Part shown: one piece after another, positions 40,846 to 53,432 of the stretch
Position numbering within the stretch: position 1 is the stretch's first letter
How the letters are laid out: each line of letters begins with the position of its first letter
NCBI RefSeq assembly: GCF_000006765.1
Contig: NC_002516.2
Origin: Pseudomonas aeruginosa PAO1
GTDB lineage: Bacteria; Pseudomonadota; Gammaproteobacteria; Pseudomonadales; Pseudomonadaceae
Strand: one strand, 5' to 3'
Length of the DNA: 64,000 nucleotides
Position numbers and translations under genes: made by a program
Notes under the pieces: model-generated
The model's input: the letters and a program-made list of their open reading frames with translations, nothing else
What the model was told of the DNA's origin: nothing
Database searches by the model: none

Positions 40846-41697
40846 CTATTGCAGGCCGGCGGCGAGATTCAGGCGCATGCGTTCGCCGGGCGCCAGGATC
40901 AGCCCGCCCGGGCGGTAGCCAGCGGCGCCGATACAGAGGAAGCGTTCCGCTTCGCCCGGCTCGACCTGCTCCACCGGGCGGCTGCCGGGGTGCCAGATCA
41001 CGCTGCCGGCGCTGACGTTCTTGTCGATCCGCAAGCGGCGGTTCCAGCCGCCGTCCTCCAGCACCAGCGATCCGGGATGGTAGAGCACCTGCTTGACCGC
41101 GCCGCGCGGTATCCAGGTTCCCGGAATCCGCGAAGCGCCGCGCTGGCCGCGAGCCGACTCCAGCTCCATGCCGTGCACCACCACCCGGCTCAGCGCGCCG
41201 ACCCGCCAGTAGGGCTGCAGGGCGAAGCTGAACAGGCAATCGTCGTCTTCCTCATGGTAGCTGCACAGCTCCAGCTCCAGGCGCTGGCCAAGGCGCGCAT
41301 CGAGGCGCACGTGCCAGTCCTCCAGGTCCAGTTGCCAGCTCACCACCACCTTGCTTTCGTCGGCGTAGGCATCCAGCAGGCGCCATTCGCGTTGCCGCGC
41401 CCAGCCCTGCTGCGGCCATTCGCTGCCGTTCGGATGGCTGCCGAACCACGGCCAGCAGACCGGGATGCCGCCGCGCACCGGCGCGCTGCTGAGGGCCGGC
41501 CATTCGCTGGCGCACCACAGCAACGGGCGTTCGCCCTGCGGCTGGAAATGCAGGAGCTGCGCCCCTTGCCGACTGAATACGGCCTGGCACAGCGGATGGT
41601 CGATCAACAGCAGATCGCGACGTTGGAAGCGTACCCAGTCGAACGGTCGCTTGGCCCGCATGGAATGAAAGAAACGCTGCAGCGGATGCTCAAGCAT
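40846..41697 (-). CDS. D-hexose-6-phosphate mutarotase/aldose 1-epimerase family
   Basis: VRGGIPVCWPWFG, FLCIGAA; 283 aa. Confidence 0.85.
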   Translation of the reverse strand: MLEHPLQRFFHSMRAKRPFDWVRFQRRDLLLIDHPLCQAVFSRQGAQLLHFQPQGERPLLWCASEWPALSSAPVRGGIPVCWPWFGSHPNGSEWPQQGWARQREWRLLDAYADESKVVVSWQLDLEDWHVRLDARLGQRLELELCSYHEEDDDCLFSFALQPYWRVGALSRVVVHGMELESARGQRGASRIPGTWIPRGAVKQVLYHPGSLVLEDGGWNRRLRIDKNVSAGSVIWHPGSRPVEQVEPGEAERFLCIGAAGYRPGGLILAPGERMRLNLAAGLQ

Positions 41698-41748
41698 GTC
41701 CGATTGTCCTACCCTCTCCCCTTCCCGGAAAGCCCGGGCGTGCATCCG

Positions 41749-41763
41749 TGTAGTTTTACTACA
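41749..41763. promoter_or_regulatory. Candidate HexR-like operator upstream of mutarotase
   Basis: TGTAGT-TTT-ACTACA inverted repeat. Confidence 0.55.
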
Positions 41764-41844
41764 TTTCGCACGCAAGCCCCAAATGATCGGCACAGGAAAA
41801 GCGTAGTCGGTTTGTAACAGGCAGCCGGGAAGAGCGGTCGCCGG

Positions 41845-41879
41845 AAAAAAACGGCCCGCCCGAAACGCTCGGGCGGGCC
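41845..41879 (-). terminator. Intrinsic terminator after oprB
   Basis: 11-bp GC stem then T7 on minus strand. Confidence 0.8.
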
Positions 41880-41911
41880 CAGGCACAACACCGGAGCAGG
41901 CAACGCGACGA

Positions 41912-43276
41912 TCAGAACACCGTCTGGATCTTGATCCCCGCCACCAGCGCGTTGTCGACCTCGTCGACCCCGCCCGGCTGCTTGATGTATTGCAGGTTCG
42001 GCCGCACCGTCAGCCAGTCGGTCACATGCACCCCGTAGTACAGCTCGGCGTTGTACTCGGTGTCCTGCAGCGGCTGGTACAGCGGGTTGTCGTAGTCGTC
42101 GATGCCGTTCACCTGGTTCACCAGGCGCTGGCGCTTCTTCACATCGTCGTTGACATGGATGCGCGCGATGCCCAGGCCGATGTCGTCCTTCGGCCGCGCG
42201 TCGAACGGCCCCTTGTAGACCACCCCGAGCTGCTGGTAGTTGTCCACCACGTTGGTCGCCTTGTCGTGGACCGTCAGGTTGGCGAACAGGCTCAACCCGC
42301 GCGAGGCATCGCCGTTGTGCGAAGTGACCTGCTGCTGCGCCACCACCCACCAGCCATGCTTGCTGCCGCGCGACTTGAAGTCGTTGCCGGTCAGCCCCTG
42401 CGGCTGGCCGTCGACGTCGTCGTAGACGTCATCGGCCTTCGCCGTGCTGTAGTAGTAGCCCAGCCGGTACTCGCCCGGCAGTTGCTCGGCGCCGACCTTC
42501 GGCTGCCAGATCAGCTCCACCGGCAGCAGCGCGCCCTTGGTCCCGCTGCCGCTCATCTTGAAGCCGTTGCCGGTCTCCAGGTTCGACGGGTTCTGCTCGT
42601 AGGCGCCGACCTGCACGTACCAGTCCGGCGCGAAGTTGTACTTCACCCGCAACGCCCACTGGCTGACCGGCCAGTTGTACCAGATGCTCCCCGCCCAGTT
42701 GCCCACCTGCGAGCCGCAGAAGGCCAGGTTCTGGAAATCGCAGGGGAAGCTGTTGAAGTCCTCGCCCTCGCCGAAACGGCCGAATTTCACGTCCAGCGCG
42801 CCGTCGAAGTACTGCTGCTTGAGCCACAGCTGGGTCAGCCGCCAGGTCTGCCCGCGGCCCCAGACCTCCTGCACCGAGCTGATGTGCCCGGCACGCGGGT
42901 CGCCGATGCGGTCGTTGGAAAGGTTCTTGCCGTTGCGCTCGGTGACGGTGAACTGGAACTCGGTAGCCTTCCAGCCGAGGATCTTCTCCAGGTCCATGTG
43001 CACGCCCAGGGCGAACTGGTCGGTGTAGCGTCCTGTCTTGTCGTCGTCATAGCCGCCGTCGAGGTTGGCCGCCGCCTCGCCGACGTACTCCAGCTTGAAG
43101 TCGTAGCCCTTCTCCAGCAGCTCGGTGCGCTTGCCGCCCCAGTCGCCGAGCATCCATTTCGAGTTCGGGGAGAACGCCTCGGCGGCGTGCGCCGCGCTCC
43201 CCAAGCCCAGCGCTCCAAGGGCAAACAGGCAGCCAACGGTCCTGGCGGCCGGTCTGGTTTTCTTGTTCTTGTACAT
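41912..43276 (-). CDS. oprB: Carbohydrate-selective porin
   Basis: Signal peptide, LGDWGGKRT, C-terminal Phe; 454 aa. Confidence 0.96.
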   Translation of the reverse strand: MYKNKKTRPAARTVGCLFALGALGLGSAAHAAEAFSPNSKWMLGDWGGKRTELLEKGYDFKLEYVGEAAANLDGGYDDDKTGRYTDQFALGVHMDLEKILGWKATEFQFTVTERNGKNLSNDRIGDPRAGHISSVQEVWGRGQTWRLTQLWLKQQYFDGALDVKFGRFGEGEDFNSFPCDFQNLAFCGSQVGNWAGSIWYNWPVSQWALRVKYNFAPDWYVQVGAYEQNPSNLETGNGFKMSGSGTKGALLPVELIWQPKVGAEQLPGEYRLGYYYSTAKADDVYDDVDGQPQGLTGNDFKSRGSKHGWWVVAQQQVTSHNGDASRGLSLFANLTVHDKATNVVDNYQQLGVVYKGPFDARPKDDIGLGIARIHVNDDVKKRQRLVNQVNGIDDYDNPLYQPLQDTEYNAELYYGVHVTDWLTVRPNLQYIKQPGGVDEVDNALVAGIKIQTVF

Positions 43277-43319
43277 TTCCAGCGTCCTCGTGGTTGTGGT
43301 CTAGGCAGTACGAAAGGAT

Positions 43320-44480
43320 TCAGGAGTTCTTCTGGCGATTGCCGTTCAAGGCGGTGACCTTCTCCGCCGCCACGCCCGCCGTGCGCACGGCCACGCGCTC
43401 GCCGCTCTGCGCGTCGAACAGCAGGACCCGCGCGGGATCGAAGCGCAGGCTCATGCCGCTGCCCGCGGCCGGCGCGACGTCCGGCGCCAGGCGGCAACAG
43501 ACCTTGACCTGGTTGACGGTGACGAAGACCAGGGTGTCCGGCCCGGTCGGTTCGAGCACCTCGACCTCGGTACGCAGGTCATGGGCAGCGCTGCCATCGC
43601 CCAGGGCGATCTGCTCCGGTCGTACGCCGAGGATCAGCTCGCGCCCCTCCTCCAGGCCGGGCTCCAGGCTCAACGGCAGTTCGATACGGTCCTGGCCGCT
43701 ATCGAGCAGGCCGGTCCAGCGTCCGTCCCGGCGCTGCAGGCGCAACGGAATGAAATTCATCGGCGGCGAACCGATGAAGCTGGCGACGAACAGGTTGGCC
43801 GGGTCGTTGTAGATCTGCTGCGGCGTGCCGAACTGCTGGATGACGCCGTCCTTCATCACCGCCACCTTGTCGCCGAGGGTCATGGCCTCGATCTGGTCGT
43901 GGGTGACATACACGGTCGTGGTCTTCAGCCGCTGGTGCATCAGCTTCAGCTCGGTGCGCATTTCCACCCGCAGCTTGGCATCGAGGTTGGACAGCGGCTC
44001 GTCGAACAGGTAGACCTTGGGCCGCCGCGCCAGCGCCCGGCCCATGGCCACCCGCTGCTGCTGGCCGCCGGAGAGCTGCGAGGGCTTGCGTTCGAGCAGG
44101 TGCTCGATCTGCAACAGCCTGGCCACCCGCGCCACCTCCTCGTCGATGGCGGCCTGGGGCATCTTGCGGATCTTCAGGCCGAAGGCGATGTTCTCGCGCA
44201 CGCTCATGGTCGGGTACAGGGCGTAGGACTGGAAGACCATGGCGATGTCGCGGTCCTTGGGGCTCATGCCGCTGATGTCCTGGCCGTCCACCAGGATCGC
44301 ACCGCCGGTGATGCTCTCCAGCCCGGCGATGCAGTTCATCAGGGTCGACTTGCCGCAACCCGAGGGCCCGACGAGGATCAGGAATTCGCCGGAGTCGATC
44401 TTCAGCCGGATGTCCCTGAGGGTATCCGCCAGGCCGCTGCCGTAGCTCTTGTGCAGGTTGCGCAGTTCGAGGGTTGCCAT
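43320..44480 (-). CDS. gltK: Glucose ABC transporter ATPase
   Basis: [24 protein letters not shown]. Confidence 0.95.
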   Translation of the reverse strand: MATLELRNLHKSYGSGLADTLRDIRLKIDSGEFLILVGPSGCGKSTLMNCIAGLESITGGAILVDGQDISGMSPKDRDIAMVFQSYALYPTMSVRENIAFGLKIRKMPQAAIDEEVARVARLLQIEHLLERKPSQLSGGQQQRVAMGRALARRPKVYLFDEPLSNLDAKLRVEMRTELKLMHQRLKTTTVYVTHDQIEAMTLGDKVAVMKDGVIQQFGTPQQIYNDPANLFVASFIGSPPMNFIPLRLQRRDGRWTGLLDSGQDRIELPLSLEPGLEEGRELILGVRPEQIALGDGSAAHDLRTEVEVLEPTGPDTLVFVTVNQVKVCCRLAPDVAPAAGSGMSLRFDPARVLLFDAQSGERVAVRTAGVAAEKVTALNGNRQKNS

Positions 44481-44512
44481 GTTTCGTTCGTCTCCGGGGT
44501 CAGCGACCCGTC

Positions 44513-45358
44513 TCAGCCTTTCACGGCGCCGGCGGTGAGGCCGCGCACGAAGTACTTGCCGGCCAGTACGTAGACCACCAGCGTGGGCAGCGCGGCGATC
44601 ATCGCCGCGGCCATGTCGACGTTGTATTCCTTGACCCCGGTGGTGATGTTCACCAGGTTGTTCAGGGCCACGGTGATCGGTTGCGAATCGCCGCTGGCGA
44701 ACACCACGCCGAACAGGAAGTCGTTCCAGATCTGGGTGAACTGCCAGATCAGGCAGACCATCACGATGGGCGTGGACATCGGCAGCAGGATGCGCAGGAA
44801 GATGGTGAAGAAGCCGGCGCCGTCCAGGCGCGCGGCCTTGACCAGGGCATCCGGGATCGCCACGAAATAGTTGCGGAAGAACAGCGTGGTGAAGGCCAGG
44901 CCGTAGATCACGTGGACCAGCACCAGGCCACTGGTGGTATTGGCCAGGCCGAGCTTGCCGAGGGTGAAGGACATCGGCAGGAGGATCACCTGGAACGGCA
45001 GGAAGCAGCCGAACAACAGCGCGCCGAAGAACAGCTGGGAACCGCGGAAGCGCCACATCGACAGCACGTAGCCGTTCAACGCGCCGATGAAGGTGGAGAT
45101 CAGCACGCCGGGCACGGTGATCAGCACCGAGTTCCAGAAGAACGCGCCGACGCTGTCCCAGGCCTTGAGCCAGCCGATGACGGTGAAGGTGTCGGGCAGC
45201 GACAGCAGGTTGCCGGTGCGGATGTCGTCCGGCGTCTTGAAGCTGGTCAGCAGCATCACCAGCAGCGGCACCAGGTAAAGCGCGCAGGCGCCCCAGAGGG
45301 TCAGGTGCACGGCCAGGCGGCTGACGCTGAAGCTCGGGTTCAGGGACGCGTCACGCAT
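44513..45358 (-). CDS. gltG: Glucose ABC permease
   Basis: EAA-like loop KAARLDGA; multi-TM. Confidence 0.92.
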   Translation of the reverse strand: MRDASLNPSFSVSRLAVHLTLWGACALYLVPLLVMLLTSFKTPDDIRTGNLLSLPDTFTVIGWLKAWDSVGAFFWNSVLITVPGVLISTFIGALNGYVLSMWRFRGSQLFFGALLFGCFLPFQVILLPMSFTLGKLGLANTTSGLVLVHVIYGLAFTTLFFRNYFVAIPDALVKAARLDGAGFFTIFLRILLPMSTPIVMVCLIWQFTQIWNDFLFGVVFASGDSQPITVALNNLVNITTGVKEYNVDMAAAMIAALPTLVVYVLAGKYFVRGLTAGAVKG

Positions 45359-46283
45359 GGCGCTTGCCTCGCAGTTCGGAATACAGGTAAGGCACCACGA
45401 TCGCCAGTACAGCGCCGAGCATCAGCATCGCGCTCGCCGCGCCGAGCCCCATCTGGCCACGGGTGAAGGTATGCGCATACATGAACATCGCCGGCAGGTC
45501 GGAGGAATAACCCGGGCCGCCGGCGGTCATCGCCGCCACCAGGTCGAAGCTCTTGATCGCGATATGGGCGAGGATCATCAGCGCGCTGAAGAACACCGGG
45601 CGCAGGCTCGGCAGGACGATGCGCAGGTAGATGGTCGGCAGGCTCGCACCGTCGACCTGGGCGGCGCGCACGATGGCCGGGTCGACCCCGCGCAGGCCGG
45701 CGAGGAACAGCGCCATGACGAAGCCGGAGGCCTGCCACACGGCGGCGATCACCAGGCAGTAGACGACCCGCTCCGGGTCCACCAGCCAGTCGAAGCGGAA
45801 ACCTTCCCAGCCCCAGTCGCGGAGCAGCTTGTCCAGGCCCAGGCCCGGATTGAGCAGCCACTTCCAGGCGGTGCCGGTGACGATCATCGACAACGCCATG
45901 GGATACAGGTAGAGGGTGCGGATGAAGCCTTCGCGGCGGATGCGCTGGTCCAGCAGCACTGCGAGGAACACTCCGAGCACCAGGCAGATGGCGATGAACG
46001 AGCCGCCGAAGAGCAGCAGGTTCTTGCTCGCCACCCACCAGCGGTCGTTGTCCCACAGGCGCTGGTACTGGCTCAGCCCGGCCCACTTGTAGCTGGGCAT
46101 GAAGCGCGAGTTGGTGAAGGACAGCAGCAGCGTCCAGCCAATGTAGCCATACATGCAGAACAGCACCACGACCACGCTTGGCGCCAGCACCAGCTTCGGC
46201 AGCCAGCCTTGCAGGCGATCGAGTGGCGAGACGCGACGAGGCGCTACCGGAGCCGTGGGATAGACAGGGGAATTGGTCGCCAT
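45351..46283 (-). CDS. gltF: Glucose ABC permease
   Basis: RAAQVDGA loop; multi-TM. Confidence 0.92.
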   Translation of the reverse strand: MATNSPVYPTAPVAPRRVSPLDRLQGWLPKLVLAPSVVVVLFCMYGYIGWTLLLSFTNSRFMPSYKWAGLSQYQRLWDNDRWWVASKNLLLFGGSFIAICLVLGVFLAVLLDQRIRREGFIRTLYLYPMALSMIVTGTAWKWLLNPGLGLDKLLRDWGWEGFRFDWLVDPERVVYCLVIAAVWQASGFVMALFLAGLRGVDPAIVRAAQVDGASLPTIYLRIVLPSLRPVFFSALMILAHIAIKSFDLVAAMTAGGPGYSSDLPAMFMYAHTFTRGQMGLGAASAMLMLGAVLAIVVPYLYSELRGKRHA

Positions 46284-46383
46284 GCGTTTTCTCGCGTGCG
46301 AAGGAACCCACCCGTGCCGCTCGGCGGCACGGAGCCAGTCGGGAGGATCGAGCGGAGCCCTGGCCGGGATCCGCGCCAGGGAC

Positions 46384-47646
46384 TTACTGCGCCGCCGCCT
46401 CGATGGCGGCCGCCAGTTGCTGGGCGGCCTTCTGCGGATCCGCGGCGGGGTCGTTGAAGAAGTTGGTCACCACGTCGAAGATCGCCCCCTGCACGTAGCT
46501 GGAAGCGGCCATGCTGTGGGCCATGCTCGGCACCAGGTTGCCGTCCTGGGAAGCCTGCTTGAAGTCCTTCATCGACTGCTGGGCGCAACTGTCGAACGGC
46601 GCCATGTCGGCGTCCAGGCGAACCGGGATGGAGCCCTTGTTGAGGTTGAAGTCCTTCTGGAAGGACGGGTCGAGCACGCTGCGCGCCAGGTCTTCCTGGG
46701 CCTTGCGGTTCTCCGCGTTGCTCAGCTTGAACATCACCAGCGAGTCGATGTTGTAGTCGAAGGCTTTCTGCGTGCCGGGGAACGGCAGGCACTGGTAGTC
46801 CTTGCCCGGCACCTTGCCGGCGGCGGTGAACTCGCTCTTCGCCCAGTCGCCCATGATCTGCATCCCGGCCTTGCCGTTGATCACCATCGCCGTGGCGGCG
46901 CTCCATTCGCGACCGGCGGCGTCGGCATCGACGTAGCCGCGGAGCTTCTTCAGCGCGGCGAACACCTCGACCATCTGCGCTCCGGTGAGGGTCGCCTTGT
47001 CCTGTTCGACGAAGGCCTTGCGATAGCCTTCCGGACCCATCTTGCTCAGCACCAGGTTCTCGAACACGGTGCCGTCCTGCCACGGTTGGCTGCCATGGGC
47101 CAGCGGCGTGAAACCGGCGGCCTTGAGCTTGTCGGCGGCGACGAACAGTTCGTCGAGGGTGGTCGGCGGGGTGGCGCCGGCCTTCTTGAACACTTCCGGG
47201 TTGATGTAGAGCCAGTTCACCCGGTGTACGTTGATCGGCACTGCTACGTAGTCGCCGTCGTACTTCATGATCTGCGCCACCTGCTTCGGCAGCAGGCTGT
47301 CCCACTTGCCTTCGGCGGCCACCGCGTTGAGGTCGGCGAGCAGGCCCAGTTCGCCCCACTCCTGGATATCCGGCCCCTTGATCTGCGCCGCGGCCGGCGG
47401 ATTGCCGGACACCGCGCGGGTCTTCAGCACGGTCATCGCCGCCTCGCCGCCACCGCCGGCCACGGCGAAGTCCTTCCATGTGTGGCCCTTGGCTTCGACC
47501 AGCTTCTTCAGGGTTTCGGCGGCGCGCTTCTCGCCGGCGGAGGTCCACCAGTGCAGCACTTCGACTTCGCCGGCCTGGGCCAGCAGCGGGGAGAGGCAGA
47601 GGGAGGAAAGACAGATGACGGCAGAGAGGCGACGGATCGCATTCAT
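46384..47646 (-). CDS. gltB: Glucose-binding periplasmic protein
   Basis: Signal peptide, [18 protein letters not shown]. Confidence 0.95.
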   Translation of the reverse strand: MNAIRRLSAVICLSSLCLSPLLAQAGEVEVLHWWTSAGEKRAAETLKKLVEAKGHTWKDFAVAGGGGEAAMTVLKTRAVSGNPPAAAQIKGPDIQEWGELGLLADLNAVAAEGKWDSLLPKQVAQIMKYDGDYVAVPINVHRVNWLYINPEVFKKAGATPPTTLDELFVAADKLKAAGFTPLAHGSQPWQDGTVFENLVLSKMGPEGYRKAFVEQDKATLTGAQMVEVFAALKKLRGYVDADAAGREWSAATAMVINGKAGMQIMGDWAKSEFTAAGKVPGKDYQCLPFPGTQKAFDYNIDSLVMFKLSNAENRKAQEDLARSVLDPSFQKDFNLNKGSIPVRLDADMAPFDSCAQQSMKDFKQASQDGNLVPSMAHSMAASSYVQGAIFDVVTNFFNDPAADPQKAAQQLAAAIEAAAQ

Positions 47647-47726
47647 GAGGAAAACCTTCTTCTTGTTATTCGGAGCAAGTCTGCGCTTGCAATGCTCCGA
47701 GTCTATTCAAGCGTTCCGCGTCGCGG

Positions 47727-47763
47727 GTAACGAAGCGATCCGGGTTTGTCACGGAGCGGTTAC
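47727..47763 (-). promoter_or_regulatory. Tandem GTNAC boxes, candidate GltR site
   Basis: GTAAC/GTGAC/GTTAC on minus strand spaced 11 and 21 bp, 80-120 bp upstream of gltB. Confidence 0.45.
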
Positions 47764-47832
47764 ATTGGGATTGAGGCAGAGCAGGAAAATCTGGACTTGA
47801 ACTCGGCAAGGCGGTTTCGCGACAGAAACCTC

Positions 47833-48146
47833 CTACAACACGAGAATGACCTCCAGCAGCACCTCCCTGCGCGGCAGCACCTTGTCGTTCCAGAAACGCA
47901 GTACCCTGGACCCCGGCTCTCCAGCCAGGCATCGGCCGGCGAACCCACATGCTGCCCACCATCCAGTTCGATCACCAGCATCCGCTCATGACAGACGAAA
48001 TCGACGATGTACGGCCCGAGAACCTTCTGCCGACGAAACTTCAGCCCGAGCAATCGATGCCCGCGCAAACACTGCCATAGCGCCCGCTCCGCCTCTGTCT
48101 GCGGCTGCCGCAGAACACGGGAGAACCTCGTGCCTGCCCGCCTCGT
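47833..48146 (-). pseudogene. DUF559 (Vsr-like endonuclease) relic
   Basis: QTEAERALWQCLR..KFRRQ..PYIVDF..VIELDGGQH, then frameshift to RVLRFWNDKVL..EVILVL*; no in-frame ATG after upstream TGA. Confidence 0.8.
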
Positions 48147-48170
48147 TCAAGGGCCCGACAGGCCAGCCCA

Positions 48171-49619
48171 TCACTCCAGCCCCAGGCGTGGCAAGCGCAG
48201 GCTGACCCGCAGGCCGCCCTCGCGACGGTTCTGCAAACTGACTTCGCCGCCATGGGTGTGCGCGATGTTGCGCGCAATGCCCAGGCCCAGCCCGTAGCCC
48301 TGCCCTCGCGGAGACAGGCGGAAGCGCGGCTCGAAGATCTGTTCCAGGCGCTGCTCGGGCACGCCGGGGCCGTCGTCGTCGACGTGCAGCACCACCGCTT
48401 CCGGCCCGTCCTCCAGGCTCAGGCGGGCGCGTTCGCCGTATTTCAGCGCATTGTCCAGCAGGTTGCCGATACAGCGCTTGAGCGCCAGGGGCTTGCCCGG
48501 ATAAGGCTCCGCGGCGCGACCGACGACCTCCACCCGGCCATCGGCCAGGTAGGGCTCGGCGATGTGCTGGAGCAACAGGTTGAGGTCGACCGACTCGACG
48601 TTCTCGTGGATATCGGTGTCCTTCACGCACTGCAGCGCGCCCTTCACCAGCAGTTCCAGCTCGTCCAGGTCGCGCCCGAACTTCTCCTGCAAGCGCTCGT
48701 CCTCGAGGAGTTCTACCCGCAGGCGCAGGCGGGTGATCGGCGTGCGCAGGTCGTGGGAGATGGCGCTGAACAACTGCCCGCGCTCGTTCAGGTAGCGGTC
48801 GATGCGCTCATGCATGGTGTTGAAGGCGCGCGCCACCTCCACCAGTTCGCTGGCGCCGCGCTCCTCCAGCGCTGCCGACGGACTGCCCAGGGCCAGGTCG
48901 CGGGCGGCGCGCGCCAGGCGCTTGAGCGGACGGCTCTGCCAATGCATCAGCAAACCGGTGAAAAGCAGCAGCAACAGGCTGGTGAAAACGATCGAGAGCA
49001 CCTGCTGCGGTTGCAGTCCCTCGGGTTCCAGGCTGACGTACGGCGCCGGCATCAGGCTGGCGATGTACAGCCACTCGCTTTCGCCGATGCGGATCTGGGT
49101 CACCAGCACCGGCGGGTTCACCGGCTCCAGGGTCAGCGCGTAGTGCGCCCAGGAACGCGGCAGCTCGTCGAGCTTCAGCGCGCCGTTGAACAGGCGCAGC
49201 TCGTCGGGACTGACGAATTCGACCTGCAGCTCGACCTCCTTGCCCAGGCGTTGGTGCAACACGTCCTGGACGATCTCCAGCACCGCCTGCTTGTTCGGCG
49301 TGTCCGGCAGGGCACGCATCTCCAGCGGCCGGTCGTTCAGCGAGACGAAGAAGCGCGTACCGCCCATGCTGCGCAACTGGTCGAGCACCAGCGGACGGTA
49401 GCCGAGCGGCAGGGAACGGAAGTAGCTGACGCTGGCCGCCATCGAGTAGGCCAGGCTGCGCGAGCTGGTGAGCAGGCCCTCGCGCTGGCTGGAGCGCAGG
49501 TGCGACAGCCAGAACAGGCTGGAAAGCCCTTGCGCGACCAGCACCGCGAGCAGGGTCAGGAGCAGCATGCGCCCGAGCAGCGAGCGCGGCACCGGCGACC
49601 AGCGCCGCCGTTCGCTCAT
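48171..49619 (-). CDS. gtrS: Sensor histidine kinase
   Basis: HAMP, SHDLRTP H-box, NLLDNA, DDGPG, GLGLGI. Confidence 0.93.
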   Translation of the reverse strand: MSERRRWSPVPRSLLGRMLLLTLLAVLVAQGLSSLFWLSHLRSSQREGLLTSSRSLAYSMAASVSYFRSLPLGYRPLVLDQLRSMGGTRFFVSLNDRPLEMRALPDTPNKQAVLEIVQDVLHQRLGKEVELQVEFVSPDELRLFNGALKLDELPRSWAHYALTLEPVNPPVLVTQIRIGESEWLYIASLMPAPYVSLEPEGLQPQQVLSIVFTSLLLLLFTGLLMHWQSRPLKRLARAARDLALGSPSAALEERGASELVEVARAFNTMHERIDRYLNERGQLFSAISHDLRTPITRLRLRVELLEDERLQEKFGRDLDELELLVKGALQCVKDTDIHENVESVDLNLLLQHIAEPYLADGRVEVVGRAAEPYPGKPLALKRCIGNLLDNALKYGERARLSLEDGPEAVVLHVDDDGPGVPEQRLEQIFEPRFRLSPRGQGYGLGLGIARNIAHTHGGEVSLQNRREGGLRVSLRLPRLGLE

Positions 49620-50344
49620 GGCTGCAGGTGCGGCCGCACCTGCGCCGCCAGCAGGTAGCCACTGCCGCGCACGGTCTGGATCAGCCGCGGCGCCTTGCCG
49701 GTGTCGCGCAGGCGCTGGCGCAGGCGGCTGACCGCCATGTCGACGATGCGCTCCAGCGGCAGCACCTCGCGGCCGCGGGTGGCGTTGGCGATGGTGTCGC
49801 GGTCGAGGATCTGCTGCGGATGGTCAAGGAACAGCTTGAGCAGGGCGAAATCCGCGCCGCTGAGGAAGAACTCCTCGCCGTCCTCGTGGAACAGCCGGTG
49901 GCTGACCGTGTCCAGTCGCCAGTCCTCGAAGGCCAGTACGTCGCCACCGCGCACCTGGGTGAACTGCGCGCGGCGCAGCAGGGCCTTGATCCGCGCCAGC
50001 AGCTCGCGCGGGCTGAACGGCTTGCCCAGGTAGTCGTCGGCGCCCAGTTCCAGGCCGATCACCCGGTCGGCCTCGTCGGAACTGGCGGTGAGCATGATGA
50101 TCGGCATGCAGGCCAGGCGCTGGTGGGAGCGAATCCAGCGACAGAGGCTGAAGCCGTCCTCGTCCGGCAGCATCACGTCGAGGATCGCCAGGCTCGCCTC
50201 CTCCTCGCACAGCGCCTGGCGGAAGTCGGCGCCCCGCGAGACGCTGCGGACCTGGAAGCCGGCGCGGCTCAGGTAGGTCTCCAGCAATTCGCGGATTTCC
50301 TGGTCATCGTCCACCAGCAGGATCGATCGTCCGTTCGCGCTCAC
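49616..50344 (-). CDS. gltR: OmpR-family response regulator
   Basis: LLVDDD, LDVMLP, KPFSPREL, TVRGSGY. Confidence 0.95.
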   Translation of the reverse strand: MSANGRSILLVDDDQEIRELLETYLSRAGFQVRSVSRGADFRQALCEEEASLAILDVMLPDEDGFSLCRWIRSHQRLACMPIIMLTASSDEADRVIGLELGADDYLGKPFSPRELLARIKALLRRAQFTQVRGGDVLAFEDWRLDTVSHRLFHEDGEEFFLSGADFALLKLFLDHPQQILDRDTIANATRGREVLPLERIVDMAVSRLRQRLRDTGKAPRLIQTVRGSGYLLAAQVRPHLQP

Positions 50345-50378
50345 GAGGCTCCTCCTTATGCGGTTGCTCGACGCCGAC

Positions 50379-51374
50379 TCAGCCCTCGGCGTCCAGGGCC
50401 TGCTGCAGGGCGACCCCGGCGCCGAGCAGGCCCGGATGTTCGGCGGTCATGACCCACACCGGTACGTCCTGCAGGTAAGCGCCGCTAGTCTTGCCACGGC
50501 TGGCGAAGGCCTCGGCGAAGCCGCTGGCGATGAAACGCTCGAGGAAACGCGGGACGATGCCGCCGGTAATGTAGACGCCACCGAGCGCGCCGACGGTGAG
50601 CACCGCGTTGCCGGCGACCCGCGCCAGCCACAGGAAGAAGTGCTCCAGCACGGCGTCCGCCTGGGCGTCGCCGGCCATGGCCAGGGCACCGACTTCCGCC
50701 GCACTGCTCGCGCGTACGGCGACCCCGTCCAGGGCACAGCTGATTTCATAGAGGGCGAGCAGGCCGTTGCCGGACAGTGCGCGCTCGGCGGAGACATGTC
50801 CGTAGCGCGCCTGCAGGCCCTGCCAGAGCGCGAAGTCGCGCGGCGAAGTGACCGGCAGGTCGACGTGCCCGCCCTCGCAGGGCAGCACTTCCCAACGTCC
50901 CCCGCCCAGCGGCAGCAGGCTGCCGACGCCAAGGCCGGTGCCGGGACCGATGATCAGCCGGGCGCGATCCGCCTGGGCACTGCCGGCGCGGACCTGCACC
51001 AGCTCGTCCGCACCTAGCCGCGAGGCGGCCCAGGCCATGGTGCTGAAGTCGTTGACCAGCAGCAGGTGATCCAGCCCCAGCTCCTCGCGGAACGCGGCAC
51101 GATTGATCACCCAGTGGTTGTTGGTGAAACGGAAATCGGCCGCCCCGACCGGACCGGCGCAGGCCAGGCAGACCGAGTCGATGTTCGCCACCGATTCGCC
51201 GATCCGCGCCAGGTAGTCGCGCACGGCCAGTTCAGGCCGCGGGTAGTCGGCGCAGGCGAGCACCTCGATGGATTCCAGGCGCTGCCCGCGCCAGAGCGCG
51301 AAACGCGCATTGGTGCCGCCGATATCGCCGACCAGGCCGAGGCCGCCGGCGCTTCTCTTGTTGTCGTTATTCAT
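50379..51374 (-). CDS. glk: Glucokinase
   Basis: [22 protein letters not shown]. Confidence 0.96.
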   Translation of the reverse strand: MNNDNKRSAGGLGLVGDIGGTNARFALWRGQRLESIEVLACADYPRPELAVRDYLARIGESVANIDSVCLACAGPVGAADFRFTNNHWVINRAAFREELGLDHLLLVNDFSTMAWAASRLGADELVQVRAGSAQADRARLIIGPGTGLGVGSLLPLGGGRWEVLPCEGGHVDLPVTSPRDFALWQGLQARYGHVSAERALSGNGLLALYEISCALDGVAVRASSAAEVGALAMAGDAQADAVLEHFFLWLARVAGNAVLTVGALGGVYITGGIVPRFLERFIASGFAEAFASRGKTSGAYLQDVPVWVMTAEHPGLLGAGVALQQALDAEG

Positions 51375-51476
51375 CGTCGTTGAACCGCAATGCCCCGCGC
51401 CAGGGCGGGACGGTCGGCAGATGTTGCCGGAGAGACAGCCGCCAGCCAAGCGCCGGCGGATATCGACCTATCAGAA

Positions 51477-53303
<1,827 letters not shown>

Positions 53304-53329
53304 GGCAGATTCTCCTACAGACTATCAAT

Positions 53330-53345
53330 TGTTGTTTTTACAACA
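53330..53345. promoter_or_regulatory. HexR operator, edd/gapA divergent promoter
   Basis: TGTTGT-TTTT-ACAACA; weaker second site near 53389-53410. Confidence 0.8.
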
Positions 53346-53432
53346 TAATCATCGGTTGAAGGATGTTTACTTTTCTTTCTGGACGAAATGTAATGGTTTT
53401 TACCACAACAATAGAAAAGAGACGACCTCATT

